Shown: positions 18,901-29,200 of the stretch, in pieces
How the letters are laid out: each line of letters begins with the position of its first letter
Numbering within the stretch: the first letter of the stretch is position 1
DNA from: Promethearchaeota archaeon
GTDB lineage: Archaea; Asgardarchaeota; Heimdallarchaeia; Hodarchaeales; Hodarchaeaceae
DNA length: 49,867 nt
Assembly (NCBI GenBank): GCA_048938105.1
Contig: JBHLMN010000030.1
Coordinates: 1 to 49,867, forward strand
Direction: 5' to 3'
Made by a program: the position numbers and the translations under genes
The notes under the pieces: model-generated
Database searches by the model: none
What the model saw: the letters and a program-made list of their open reading frames with translations, nothing else
Told to the model about the DNA's origin: nothing

Positions 18901-19713
18901 ATGGAAAAAGAATTAGAACAAAAGATTTGTATTGCTTTAGCTCCATTAAAAGATAAATCAGGGATTGTTGCTTTTTCTGGGGGAGTAGATAGTACTGTTG
19001 CAGCAAGACTCTTTCAAAAAGTATGTAAGAAAATGAAGCTAGTAACAGTTATTTCTGAATGGATTTCCAGCTCAGAAGTTGAGGATGCTAAAGCAATTGC
19101 CCAAGATTTGAAAATTCCTCATGAAATTATTCAAATCTCTCTTGGAAAGGAGACACATCTCTGGAAAAATCCCCCAGATCGCTGTTTTCATTGTAAATTG
19201 CTCGTCTTTTCTCATCTTTTGGATTATGCTAAGCATCACGGATACGATTTAGTGCTTGATGGTACTAATGCTTCAGATGTTAAGGGACATAGACCTGGTT
19301 TGAAAGCTCTCGAAAAATTAGAAATTCAAAGTCCATTATTGCAAGGAGAAATAACCAAGGAGGAAGTTAGACGAATAGCTAAGCACTACAAATTACCAGT
19401 GGCGAAAAAACCCGCGATGGCGTGTCTAGCATCTCGTATTCCTTATGGTGAAGAAATAACCCGAGAAAAGCTCAATAGAGTGGCCCAAGGAGAAAAAATA
19501 TTACGTAATTTTGGATTTTCTAACCAATTGCGGCTTCGTGACCATGATTCTATTGCTCGAATTGAAATTAATCAAAAAGATTTTCCGATACTATTAGAAA
19601 AGAACATACTTGTTCAAATTGTAGATGAATTGCGAGCTTTAGGGTATTCTTATATTACATTAGACTTAGAAGGGTATCGTCCTTCAATACCTAAAGAACC
19701 ATCAGAAAAGTAA
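18901..19713 (+). CDS. larE: LarE-family PP-loop ATP-dependent sulfur transferase
   Basis: AFSGGVDST, NPPDRCFHCK, DGTNASD, HRPG, ACLASRIPYG, RLRDH, ITLDLEGYR. Confidence 0.85.
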   Translation: MEKELEQKICIALAPLKDKSGIVAFSGGVDSTVAARLFQKVCKKMKLVTVISEWISSSEVEDAKAIAQDLKIPHEIIQISLGKETHLWKNPPDRCFHCKLLVFSHLLDYAKHHGYDLVLDGTNASDVKGHRPGLKALEKLEIQSPLLQGEITKEEVRRIAKHYKLPVAKKPAMACLASRIPYGEEITREKLNRVAQGEKILRNFGFSNQLRLRDHDSIARIEINQKDFPILLEKNILVQIVDELRALGYSYITLDLEGYRPSIPKEPSEK

Positions 19714-19729
19714 TGTGGTTTGACTCTAA

Positions 19730-20194
19730 ATGATCGTTGAAAGAAAAAAATTTCCGTTTAAATGGATGTTGAGTATTATAGAAGCTTTAGAAAACGAAAA
19801 ATCACTTTCATCATTGCAGATTGCGAGAGCTGTTAAGGTTTGTATTCCAGATGCGAGGGAGGTAACTCAGATGCTTCAGTATCTAACTTCTTTTGGGAAA
19901 ATTATATCTAATCAGAATGGGAAATGGGAAGTCACCCTAAAGGGAGAAGATCCTGCTCCTCCCTCAAAGGAATTTCGCTTCAAATACATTATAACATTAA
20001 CAGAAATTATCAAAATTCTTCATAGAAGTAATCGAAGTGCTTCAGAATTAGCACAGAAGACATCTCAAGAAATCGATGATATTGAAGAGGCGTTAGAATT
20101 TCTAGCTTTAATCACAGAAAAGGGTCAAGTTCATTTAACGAAAAGTGGTACTTCAGACCAGTGGAGTCTAAGGTCATGGTTAGAGTTCCTTTGA
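19730..20194 (+). CDS. Tandem winged-helix protein
   Basis: Two similar halves: IIEALENEKSLSSLQIARAV...LQYLTSFGKI and IIKILHRSNRSASELAQKT...LALITEKGQV. Confidence 0.7.
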   Translation: MIVERKKFPFKWMLSIIEALENEKSLSSLQIARAVKVCIPDAREVTQMLQYLTSFGKIISNQNGKWEVTLKGEDPAPPSKEFRFKYIITLTEIIKILHRSNRSASELAQKTSQEIDDIEEALEFLALITEKGQVHLTKSGTSDQWSLRSWLEFL

Positions 20195-20245
20195 AAACTT
20201 AGGGCTAATATGAAAGATTCCTTTGATATTCTTTGATTTCATTAA

Positions 20246-21778
20246 TCAATTCTGTTCTTTACGTATAGAAATTACTAGAATGCCAATGAATAATGTCACA
20301 ACTATGATATTTGGAAATGATCCTTTTTTTGAAGTAGTATCAGTAGAGGTTGACGTATTAGTATCAGTAGAGGTTGACGTTGAAGTACCAGTAGGGGTTG
20401 ACGTTGAAGTACCAGTAGGGGTTGATGTTGAAGTACCAGTAGGGGTTGATGTTGGAGTAGTAGTAGGGATTGATGTTGGAGTAGTAGTAGGGATTGATGT
20501 TGGAGTAGTAGTAGGGGTTGATGTTGGAGTAGTAGTAGGGGTTGATGTAGTAATAGTAGTAGTGGTTTCTGGTAAAACAATGCTCACCTCATTGGAAAAC
20601 TCACTTTCACCTATGCTATTGATAGCGGTGACCACATAGTAGTAAGTATTACCTGCAAGGACTGTAGTATCCGTATAATTTAGTTCATTTGTAGTAGCAA
20701 TATTGCTATATGGACCCCCACTGATAGATGAACGATAAATGATATATTCTGTAATAGTGTAACCACTGTCAGTTAGAGGAAGAGTCCAATTTAGAATCAT
20801 TTGGGTCGTATCAGATGTTAAACTCAGATTTAGAGGAGGGCTAGGTGTGCCAGGAATTAGCGTAACCTCATTTGAATTACTACTCTCTCCTTTATTGTTC
20901 TCTGCAGTAACAAAATAGAAGTATCTAGCACCATTGATGACATTTGTATCGAAGAACCCAGTAGTCGAACTATTCATTCCTATCATAGTATAGTTACTCG
21001 TATTGGTCTGAGAGCGGTAAACATTAAACCTAAAGATATTTAGATTTCCATCATCTAGAGGGGAACTCCAATTTAACGTTATTGACTCATTACCAGGAGT
21101 GGCAATCAAATTTAGGGGAGGACTGGGAACATTATATTCCAGAAATATTGTTGATGAAAAACCCTGGGTAGTAGCGACTGCTGTAAAATCGTCTGCATCA
21201 CTATAAGCCCAAAAAAGAGAAATATTTACTCCAACGGTGATAGGATTATCGTACACATCTTGGGTATTTAGCTTGCGGCTGAACTCAAGAGTGGTCCAAT
21301 ATTTTCCTGTAATCTTTTCTTCACTCATATTAAAGGATAGTATATCATTGGTTCCGCCGAAAATAGTGTCATTATAATGCGTAGTAGAAGTATTGGCATA
21401 ATCATCACGGATCCCATGGCCAAAAGTATCACTGTAATATCCAATTATAATATCAGCCTCCGTCATATTTGAACTCGATACAGGATCAATACCAATAGCA
21501 ACCCAACCCGCTGTTTTTCCCTCAAGAGCCATAAAAATATCGGAACCATCTATCGTATAATAAAATTTAAAGTCAGCATCAAGGGATAGGGAAACATCAT
21601 ACTCTGCAGCTGAGACAACGCCGTCATGTACAACATTATTACCTTCCGTTGTACGTAGGTCTAACTGAAATTCCTCCGTAAATGAATCTGACGAATCGGT
21701 GTAATGAACAGTGGAAAAATGATGGCAAAAACAAATTGAAATCACTATTAGAATAAATATTACTATAGATTTTTTCAT
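20246..21778 (-). CDS. Cell-surface protein: signal peptide, DOMON domain, 2 fibronectin type III domains, Thr/Ser-rich linker, C-terminal TM anchor
   Basis: GWVAIG, MTEADIIIG and TTLEFSRKLNT (DOMON); PSPPLNL..ITLNWS..YFYFVTAEN..GES twice (FN3); GSFP-TM-RK tail. Confidence 0.9.
   Translation of the reverse strand: MKKSIVIFILIVISICFCHHFSTVHYTDSSDSFTEEFQLDLRTTEGNNVVHDGVVSAAEYDVSLSLDADFKFYYTIDGSDIFMALEGKTAGWVAIGIDPVSSSNMTEADIIIGYYSDTFGHGIRDDYANTSTTHYNDTIFGGTNDILSFNMSEEKITGKYWTTLEFSRKLNTQDVYDNPITVGVNISLFWAYSDADDFTAVATTQGFSSTIFLEYNVPSPPLNLIATPGNESITLNWSSPLDDGNLNIFRFNVYRSQTNTSNYTMIGMNSSTTGFFDTNVINGARYFYFVTAENNKGESSNSNEVTLIPGTPSPPLNLSLTSDTTQMILNWTLPLTDSGYTITEYIIYRSSISGGPYSNIATTNELNYTDTTVLAGNTYYYVVTAINSIGESEFSNEVSIVLPETTTTITTSTPTTTPTSTPTTTPTSIPTTTPTSIPTTTPTSTPTGTSTSTPTGTSTSTPTGTSTSTSTDTNTSTSTDTTSKKGSFPNIIVVTLFIGILVISIRKEQN
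20337..20548 (-). repeat. 24-nt minisatellite (~9 units) encoding a TPTTTPTS/TPTGTSTS mucin-like linker
   Basis: Units begin at 20337, 20361, 20385 ... 20529, with stepwise variant drift. Confidence 0.95.
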
Positions 21779-21981
21779 AATCTAGATCACTATTCGAAAT
21801 AAATACATACTTTTTTTTAAAGCCTTCTTTTCACAGGAGGATGTCACATAACGATATTTTTTTTATAGATAGAGAAAAACTAGTAAAGGAATAAGAAGTT
21901 ATCATTGCTTACATCTATTCTTATCCTAAATATACAAAAGGTTTATGTCTAGACAGAAACTAATTTTCTGGATTAGCGAGA

Positions 21982-24297
21982 TCAGAGTAGTTGGATATTT
22001 TTTCCATCAAAGGAGATCATTCCCCGAATAGCGAGCATTTTAAGGATTGGGACGATCTCATTTTCATTACGATTAAGCAATAAGCACAATCTATCGGTCG
22101 TCATCGTAGGATTAAACTTTAAGATGGAAATAATAGCTTCGATAGCTTCTGATGATTCGGAAACACGTTCTGTAGCTGTTCGTGGGCTACTTACACTAGT
22201 ACTAAGATGACCAAAGATTGTTTGGAAAATAATTATTCGATTGAGACACTCCTCAAAAACAAAAGTCAAAGCTTCATTTCGAGTAACAATGTGATTTCCA
22301 AAAGCTAAATCTCCTGCTGAAGCCATTTCCACCAGCTTTTTGGTTGCCAGAAGTGCTTGGTTTGACATAAAGTCAATATAATATAATCCTCCAAATTCAG
22401 ATAAAGATTGAGCTAAATCCAGTGATTTGGAAGCTGTGCGTTGTAACGACAATTCTTCGTCTCTCAGAAGGAAAGCATGACGAATATTACCCTTAACGAG
22501 CTTTTTTAATCTTCGCAGGCTCTGAAAAACAGTCGCAGAATGTTCAGAATTATTGATTTCAATGCCTACAGATGCTGGCCCTCTAGGGGTCTGATAAGTG
22601 AAAACCAAATCAAGTCCTTTTTCATCTTTTTCGATAAGTTGGCGGTCGATTCTAACATTGAGAATTGTTAAACCATAAACAGGTATTTGCCGTTCAATGG
22701 AAGTGTTGAGGATATCATACAAAACCCCTTTTAAAAAATCCCGACGAACTGGATGAGGAAACGCCCAGATCTCTTGTTCAAACTCCCTAGCATACTGACT
22801 CCATTTCTTCTCTAAAAATCCTATCATCTCGCTTGGTGTAGTTATCACTTTGGATGGGGAGATAGATGTAGTTTCCATGGATTTTGTAGGGGAAACTGCC
22901 GTTAAAGTGCTGATAGTTGGTTTTGGTGTTGTTTTATCGACATCTGGGAATAATTCTGCTAGCGCGTCCAATTCCTCAGGTTTCAGATCAATAATTGATT
23001 TGGTACTTTCTTCAGAGAGGTCAGCTGAAGCGATAACTTGGTCTGGAGTCATCGGTGGTACTCCAGCTACAGCTACAGCCTGTTTCTTTGCATCCGTAGC
23101 GATGTCAGATGCTGTTAATTTACGAATATATCCTCGATCTTTGAATTCGTTTAGTCTATCCCGTAAATGACGAAGAAATAGTCGTGGATTTCCATTAGTA
23201 TTTTGATTTGCTATTGTGATGTATTCTTCTGTAAAAGGATATGTAGGAAATGGAGGGGTTACACCTGAGTCACGAAATACTGTATCTATTCTAGCTTTAG
23301 CTAGTAATGGAGCTGTTTCAGCTGTCAATCGTTCGAGTGATGTGATATAATCTATTCGCTGACGTGAATATTCTGGAACCTCTTCGACAATGGATTCTTT
23401 CCACACAATAGACTGAACCATTGCCAGAACAAGGAGATGTTTACATTGGTTATACAGGTTAGTTAGTGAATCGAAAAGAAGTTGTATGCCATTATCTCGT
23501 TTGAAACGGATATAAATTGACTCTAATTGGTCAAAACTTAATAAAATTGGTTTTTGGGCAAGTGTGGAAATAGTTTGAATTATTGATAAGGCTCTATTTT
23601 CCGAGTTGATGGAATGAGGGACATCTAATCGTTCAAGATCAGCCTCAGATACTTCTATACCAGAAAGCCATTTAAATGCGGTTGGTCGGATCGTTGGATT
23701 CAATGTGTGAAAAAGAACTTCTAGGAATTGGATATCAATATCAGGATGAATACTTGCAAGGTAATTAATAGCCATTTTTCTTAGATTGGTCGAGTAAAAT
23801 TTTTCTGGCTTGAAAGTAAAAATCTTCATAGGATCCTGGTTAAAAGATTCAGCGAGGCTACTTGCCACAGGATTGTCAGGTAATCCGTCAGATAACGCAC
23901 GAGAAACGATTTCACCAATGAATTGTTCAAGTGGGCTATATTTTTCCCCTTCCCCTTTCTTACGAAGGCTTATCATGATCTCTTGGAGAATATGTCCATA
24001 GATGCGTTGAAGATCTCCAAATGGCCTTATAGAGATAAAAAGATAATCTCTCTCTTCAGCAATTCGCCTTAAACGAGCTAAAATATGTGTTTTTCCAACT
24101 CCCGCGTCTCCCAAGATCATACACATACCTGATCGGCCTGTTGATCGTACTTCATCTAATGTTTCAAGAACAACGCGACTAGCTTTTCGATTTATCTCTG
24201 TGACATCGATTACTTCGGCCTGCCAAGGATCACCTACTGAAGTAGATCGAAATGGATTCACTTTCCCTAAGATAATTGCATCATACATCTCGGCCAA
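21982..24297 (-). CDS. AAA+ ATPase (BrxD/ORC-Cdc6-like) with a C-terminal putative PD-(D/E)XK-like domain and wHTH
   Basis: Walker A GDAGVGKT, FKWLSG, Walker B SFDQLE, YPF...GNPR lid; T/S/P linker; LDLVF...VGIEINN; terminal HTH. Confidence 0.75.
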   Translation of the reverse strand: MAEMYDAIILGKVNPFRSTSVGDPWQAEVIDVTEINRKASRVVLETLDEVRSTGRSGMCMILGDAGVGKTHILARLRRIAEERDYLFISIRPFGDLQRIYGHILQEIMISLRKKGEGEKYSPLEQFIGEIVSRALSDGLPDNPVASSLAESFNQDPMKIFTFKPEKFYSTNLRKMAINYLASIHPDIDIQFLEVLFHTLNPTIRPTAFKWLSGIEVSEADLERLDVPHSINSENRALSIIQTISTLAQKPILLSFDQLESIYIRFKRDNGIQLLFDSLTNLYNQCKHLLVLAMVQSIVWKESIVEEVPEYSRQRIDYITSLERLTAETAPLLAKARIDTVFRDSGVTPPFPTYPFTEEYITIANQNTNGNPRLFLRHLRDRLNEFKDRGYIRKLTASDIATDAKKQAVAVAGVPPMTPDQVIASADLSEESTKSIIDLKPEELDALAELFPDVDKTTPKPTISTLTAVSPTKSMETTSISPSKVITTPSEMIGFLEKKWSQYAREFEQEIWAFPHPVRRDFLKGVLYDILNTSIERQIPVYGLTILNVRIDRQLIEKDEKGLDLVFTYQTPRGPASVGIEINNSEHSATVFQSLRRLKKLVKGNIRHAFLLRDEELSLQRTASKSLDLAQSLSEFGGLYYIDFMSNQALLATKKLVEMASAGDLAFGNHIVTRNEALTFVFEECLNRIIIFQTIFGHLSTSVSSPRTATERVSESSEAIEAIISILKFNPTMTTDRLCLLLNRNENEIVPILKMLAIRGMISFDGKNIQLL

Positions 24298-24443
24298 GTA
24301 AAAGCCCTCACTTCATTTCTCAAGTTATTAAAGAATATTAATAAAATACTTCATTTTAGGTTAATTCTTAATTTTTGTTTATTAAGCACATATGTTAGGA
24401 TAACAACATCGACACAATACCAAGAGTCCTTATTTTGTGCTAA

Positions 24444-25526
24444 TTAACTAATTAGATCTTCAATTGTTTGTAAATATGTTTTTAACTCATTTAAAGTTCG
24501 ATCACCCATATGGGCAATCCTGAAATTCTTTTCCTTAAACTTTCCATAGCCAGTCGCAAATAAGTACCCTTTTTTCATTAAATCTGATTTGAGTTTGGGA
24601 ACATCAAGCCCTAAGCTATTCACACAGGTCACAGTGTTTGATGCTACCGATTTGTCTGCGAATAAAGTGAGGCCTCTGTCTTTTACCCATTTTCTGGCAT
24701 ACCCACCCATTTCTGTGTGTTTGGCCCATCTGTTTTCAATTCCTTCTTCATCAACTATTTTGTGGAGCTGATACTGAAGTTGATAGTAAATCGGGATCAC
24801 AGGAGTGGCTGGTTGCATCCCACCTCGATCATGATATTTTTTCAAATCTAGAAAGTCGAAGTACAACCCACGATTAGGGACTGTTTTAGCCATTTCCAAT
24901 GCTGCATCTGATACTGAAGCAACAGCTAAACCAGGTGAAAGAGCCATACATTTTTGCAACCCAAATAGGTAAACATCAATTTCCCAATCATCAATCCGAG
25001 CTTCAATACCTCCGGCACATGATACAGCATCAACAAGAAATAAACAATTATGATCTTTAATTATCTTATACAGATCTTTTAGAGGAGTTGTAACACCCGT
25101 GGAGGTCTCGTTTTGGGTTATACAGACTGCATCGTACTCTTTCTCATCCAGTTTTTCTTTTAATTGTTGAGGTGAAACTGCTTTCCCCCATTCAACACCA
25201 ATTGTGTCAGCTTGTTTTCCATTCGCTAAAGCAATTTTATGCCAACGTTCTGCAAAGGCTCCATTAATGACATTTAACACACCTTTTTTATTTACACAGT
25301 TTCGAATAGCTCCTTCCATTAGTCCTGTGGAAGAAGATGTAGACATAATAATTTGATTGTTAGTAAAAAGCATTTTCTGTAAGTAGGTAACGATGTCTTG
25401 ATGTAATTCTCCCATGGTCTCACTTCGATGAGCTATCATGGGTAGAGCTAGTTTTTGTCTGCACTCTTTTGATACATTAACAGGTCCAGGTATAAACAAA
25501 TCCAGAAAGTCTTTTTCGTTAATCAT
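24444..25526 (-). CDS. Class V PLP aminotransferase (serine-pyruvate/alanine-glyoxylate family)
   Basis: LFIPGP, HRS, NETSTGV, VDAVS, GLQKC, FRIAHMG. Confidence 0.93.
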   Translation of the reverse strand: MINEKDFLDLFIPGPVNVSKECRQKLALPMIAHRSETMGELHQDIVTYLQKMLFTNNQIIMSTSSSTGLMEGAIRNCVNKKGVLNVINGAFAERWHKIALANGKQADTIGVEWGKAVSPQQLKEKLDEKEYDAVCITQNETSTGVTTPLKDLYKIIKDHNCLFLVDAVSCAGGIEARIDDWEIDVYLFGLQKCMALSPGLAVASVSDAALEMAKTVPNRGLYFDFLDLKKYHDRGGMQPATPVIPIYYQLQYQLHKIVDEEGIENRWAKHTEMGGYARKWVKDRGLTLFADKSVASNTVTCVNSLGLDVPKLKSDLMKKGYLFATGYGKFKEKNFRIAHMGDRTLNELKTYLQTIEDLIS

Positions 25527-25821
25527 AATGAAAGTCTCCAGAAAAGATGGTCGTGAAGGATAGAGTTTTCTCAGAGGATAAATCTTTGGGTTGGATATAA
25601 TTTGATACTTCTGTAATCCATAAGGTCAAAGAAAAATCTTCTCTTTTTATTGATCATAAACCTAATTTATTAACATCATTTGCGATATTTCATTAGCTTT
25701 CATGGACACGAAACGTTTTTAAGGACTAATTCTTTCCTCACTGGGAATAATGTTGATCTTTAAGCTGACATTATTGACATCGATGGCGTTGGGCTAAGGA
25801 AGCATATATAGGAGGAGATAA

Positions 25822-26037
25822 ATGGTAATGGCTGGACAACAACTAGAAGAAACTATTGAGAAATTAAAAAAAGCAGAAAAATCGGCCTCAGTTGTCAATA
25901 GAAACCGAAATTCCTCTGAAAAGAAAGTGGAGGGTAAAGATAAGATCGAAGAGGAGTATAAAAGACGGAAAAGAGAGGCAGCTAAAAAGCTTGAAGCAGG
26001 ATTGTTGGAGTTAAAGAAGAAACAAAAAAACATATGA
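25822..26037 (+). CDS. Small basic coiled-coil hypothetical protein
   Basis: Strong AGGAGGA upstream of the ATG; K/E-rich helical sequence. Confidence 0.6.
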   Translation: MVMAGQQLEETIEKLKKAEKSASVVNRNRNSSEKKVEGKDKIEEEYKRRKREAAKKLEAGLLELKKKQKNI

Positions 26038-26251
26038 TGCGTTTAAGTTTTGATCAATAATTATTTCAATCTTCTTTTTTGATTTTCTGATAATTTTTAT
26101 TTTTATAAGGTAATTGAAAACATATAAAAAAAAGATTTTGGTTGTTGGGGATTTTAATTCAAGTAATTTCCAAAATAACTCATTTCTCAAATTATCTGAT
26201 TGACATAAAAATAAGATTTTATAATTAGAGCACAATTGACTGACATGCGAT

Positions 26252-29200
26252 TTGATACTCATGATTGTTGCGAAATCCCAGCAATTCTATTTAATTAGCG
26301 TTTTATGTCTTATGATAATTCTACCTCTTCACAATATGCCTCAAGAAAGTTCAGACACAACTTTTCAGAACATAAATTTCTCTCCTCAAATAGTTGGTCA
26401 AGAACCCTCGAAGGTTAACTTATTATTTTCTTATAACCCTTCTGAAAAAAATCTTATTACTCAGGTTTTGAATCAATTTAATCCGTTGTATTTACACTTA
26501 TATCGTAATTTCCCTATTGGATTTGTAACTTATCAAGAGAATACTCTTCCTATAATTCAGAAAACTTATCCTAATATTTATTCACGGTTAAAAATCTCTC
26601 AGCAATCCCAAGTCATTCCTTCAATCGAAGAATTCAAACCCCAGAAGATGAGCGGGACTCAACAATCTAGTTATGTTCCCCCCTCAGAAATTATCAATGC
26701 TGGTACTCTCTGGAATAAAGGATTCGATGGGAAGAATGTAAAAATAGCAATCATTGACTCAGGAATCGACGGGGACCCAGCCCAGGGGGATTTTGAGGGA
26801 AGGATTATATATGAAGAGTCATTTATTAAGGCAGAGTATGGATTTAGTTCCGGCTCTGAAGAAGACGCTCGGGATTACCATGGACATGGTACCCATGTAG
26901 CTGGTATTGCAGCTGGGGCTGGTTCAACATATAGGGGTATCGCATATAATGCTGATTTAGTAAATCTAAAAGCAGCAGACATGTCAGGCTATTCTACTAA
27001 AGAAGCAATGCTAGCAGCTCTCGATGAAGCAATCGCTCAATCTGTTCATGTTATCTCAATTTCTATTGGCTTTGAAAAATCATCTCCTTGGGGTTCTGGA
27101 GATGAATTAACACAAGCAGTTGATAGTGCAGTGGACGCTGGGATAACTGTGGTCATCGCAGCTGGTAATGAGGGGTCTAATGACGAATTAGCATCCATAG
27201 GGTCTCCAGGGTCAGCTCGTAAAGCTATTACAGTAGGTGCAACAAATGGGAGTTACAATGTGGCATCGTTTTCAAGTCGAGGCCCCTCTTTTGATTTTAA
27301 AGTAGATCCTGATGTTGTTGCACCTGGTGTACAAATTATTGCTCCCTTAGCTCATGGTTGTATAATAGAGTTAGCATATGAATCTCTTGTTGGTGTTGAA
27401 TTAGGAGATTATGTTAGTCTTTCAGGAACGAGTATGGCGACACCAGTTGTTAGTGGAGCAGTTGCATTACTGAAACAACAGTACACTATAGCAACTCCCG
27501 CAGCTATTCGTGCTGCTCTCCAGGAATCTGCTGTTGATATGAATGAGGATCTCTACACTCAAGGGAGTGGGTTGATAAATGTTGGAAGAGCTTCTGAATT
27601 ACTTAAAAGTACAGAACAATCTAATGGTTTCACTTTAATCTCATCTTTACCAAAAGCAAAGAGTGATAAGCCTATTGAATTTGCTGAACGCGTTGCTTTT
27701 CCTGGAGACAAAACTCAAATGGATATTTCATTTATGACTGGAATTGGGGGTACTATTTCTTGGGATATTTCTGAATCAATTGCAAAGTTTATTGAGTTTA
27801 ATTTATCTTCACAAGTACAATCTTCTGCAGGGTATTTTGATAGATCATTAAACCTAACCATTCCATTGAATACTGCCCCAGGCACCTATCATGGAAACAT
27901 TAGTTATACTTTTCAAGGCATTAAACATGTGATTCCGCTTGTTTTCACCATAAACAACCCCAATTCGAAGATTTATTGGGATACATATTATACTGGTAAG
28001 GATGATTCCCCATTTTTTAATTATAGAGCTTTAGATGATTTACTTACGACCAATTTACATTTTGATATGAATGAGTATGAGAATACCATAACTTGGGAAA
28101 ACCTGTCACAAAATAATATATTGGTACTTACTGACCTAGAATACCCCTTAAGTGAGGAAGAACTCACCACTATATTCAAATTTCACAATCAAGGTGGATC
28201 CATTCTCTTAGTAACCTCTGCTTTTCCATATTTCAATTTAGATGCCTATTCACGCCTTTCAGCAGATTTGAGTATTCCTGTAAATTTCACTGATCGGTTG
28301 GATCTAGTGAACTACACAGACAATGGAAGAAATCGGAAAGCTATTCCGTTATCTTCCCAGGGAGTAGATATTTATTGGGAGGAAGGAAATCCATTATTTG
28401 AAGAAGTAAACCAAATTCCATTCAAGATGGGTACTGCTTTTACAAGCAATCAAAACGATCTCACTTTAAAGTATCAAGCCTGGGTTAAGGATCAATCCTA
28501 TCTGGTGGCAGCAGCATTTGAGCCAATTGAAAAAGGGAAGGTTTTAATCTTAGGAAGTGAACTTTGGCTTTATTCCTCATTCATTTCGACTGATGATGGT
28601 CAGAATTTTGTAAGGAATATTTTTGAATGGTTAAAACCTGAAAACGGATTAATAATTAATTCCCAAATTTCCCCTAATCATCAGCTAGAGATTTCAGGAT
28701 ATTATTCTTCAGAGTCACCTCTTTCAGTAGAAATTAAATTATCGAACGGGAGTACTCTTCTGGAGAGTTCATTGCTTTATAATGCTACATTACAACATCA
28801 TCATTTAGTTATTCCTCTAGGAGAACCAACAAATCAAACGATATCAATATCTATCAAGAATGGACAAGTAACATTGAAGGAATTCGTTTTTTTTGATTTT
28901 AATGATCTTCCTGAAGTTGAAGAAATACAAATAGTTTTTTCTGCCTCTTCTGACGTGATTTTACCATCTTGGGTTAGTGAAGACTCATATGACTTTGTTA
29001 TAGATGAAGGAATAGAAATTTTCATTAATCATTCCGTTTCTAGTGAGGTACAATCGACTCTCTTGATTTCTAATCAGCTTGAAGACACCCTTGACGTAAT
29101 TAATCCCCCTCTCGAGAGTTTGGAGGAGATAGTTAATGAAACTGTATTATCTCTTGATTCTAATACCCAACAATCTCTTTATTGGCCTGTCCCAGCTAAT

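Noticed and set aside
19730-20194. Tandem wHTH protein as an ESCRT-II (Vps25/Vps22) homolog
   Set aside because: No ESCRT neighbours or recognisable Vps25 motifs; tandem wHTH is generic.
20223-20639. ORFs 20223-20639 (+) and 20302-20580 (-)
   Set aside because: Stop-free alternative frames created by the 24-nt minisatellite.
21982-24297. BREX system
   Set aside because: No pglZ, brxC, pglX or brxHI in the window.
25794-26262. Minus-strand ORFs 25794-26033 and 26011-26262
   Set aside because: The first is antisense to a gene with a strong RBS; the second is low-complexity AT-rich intergenic sequence.
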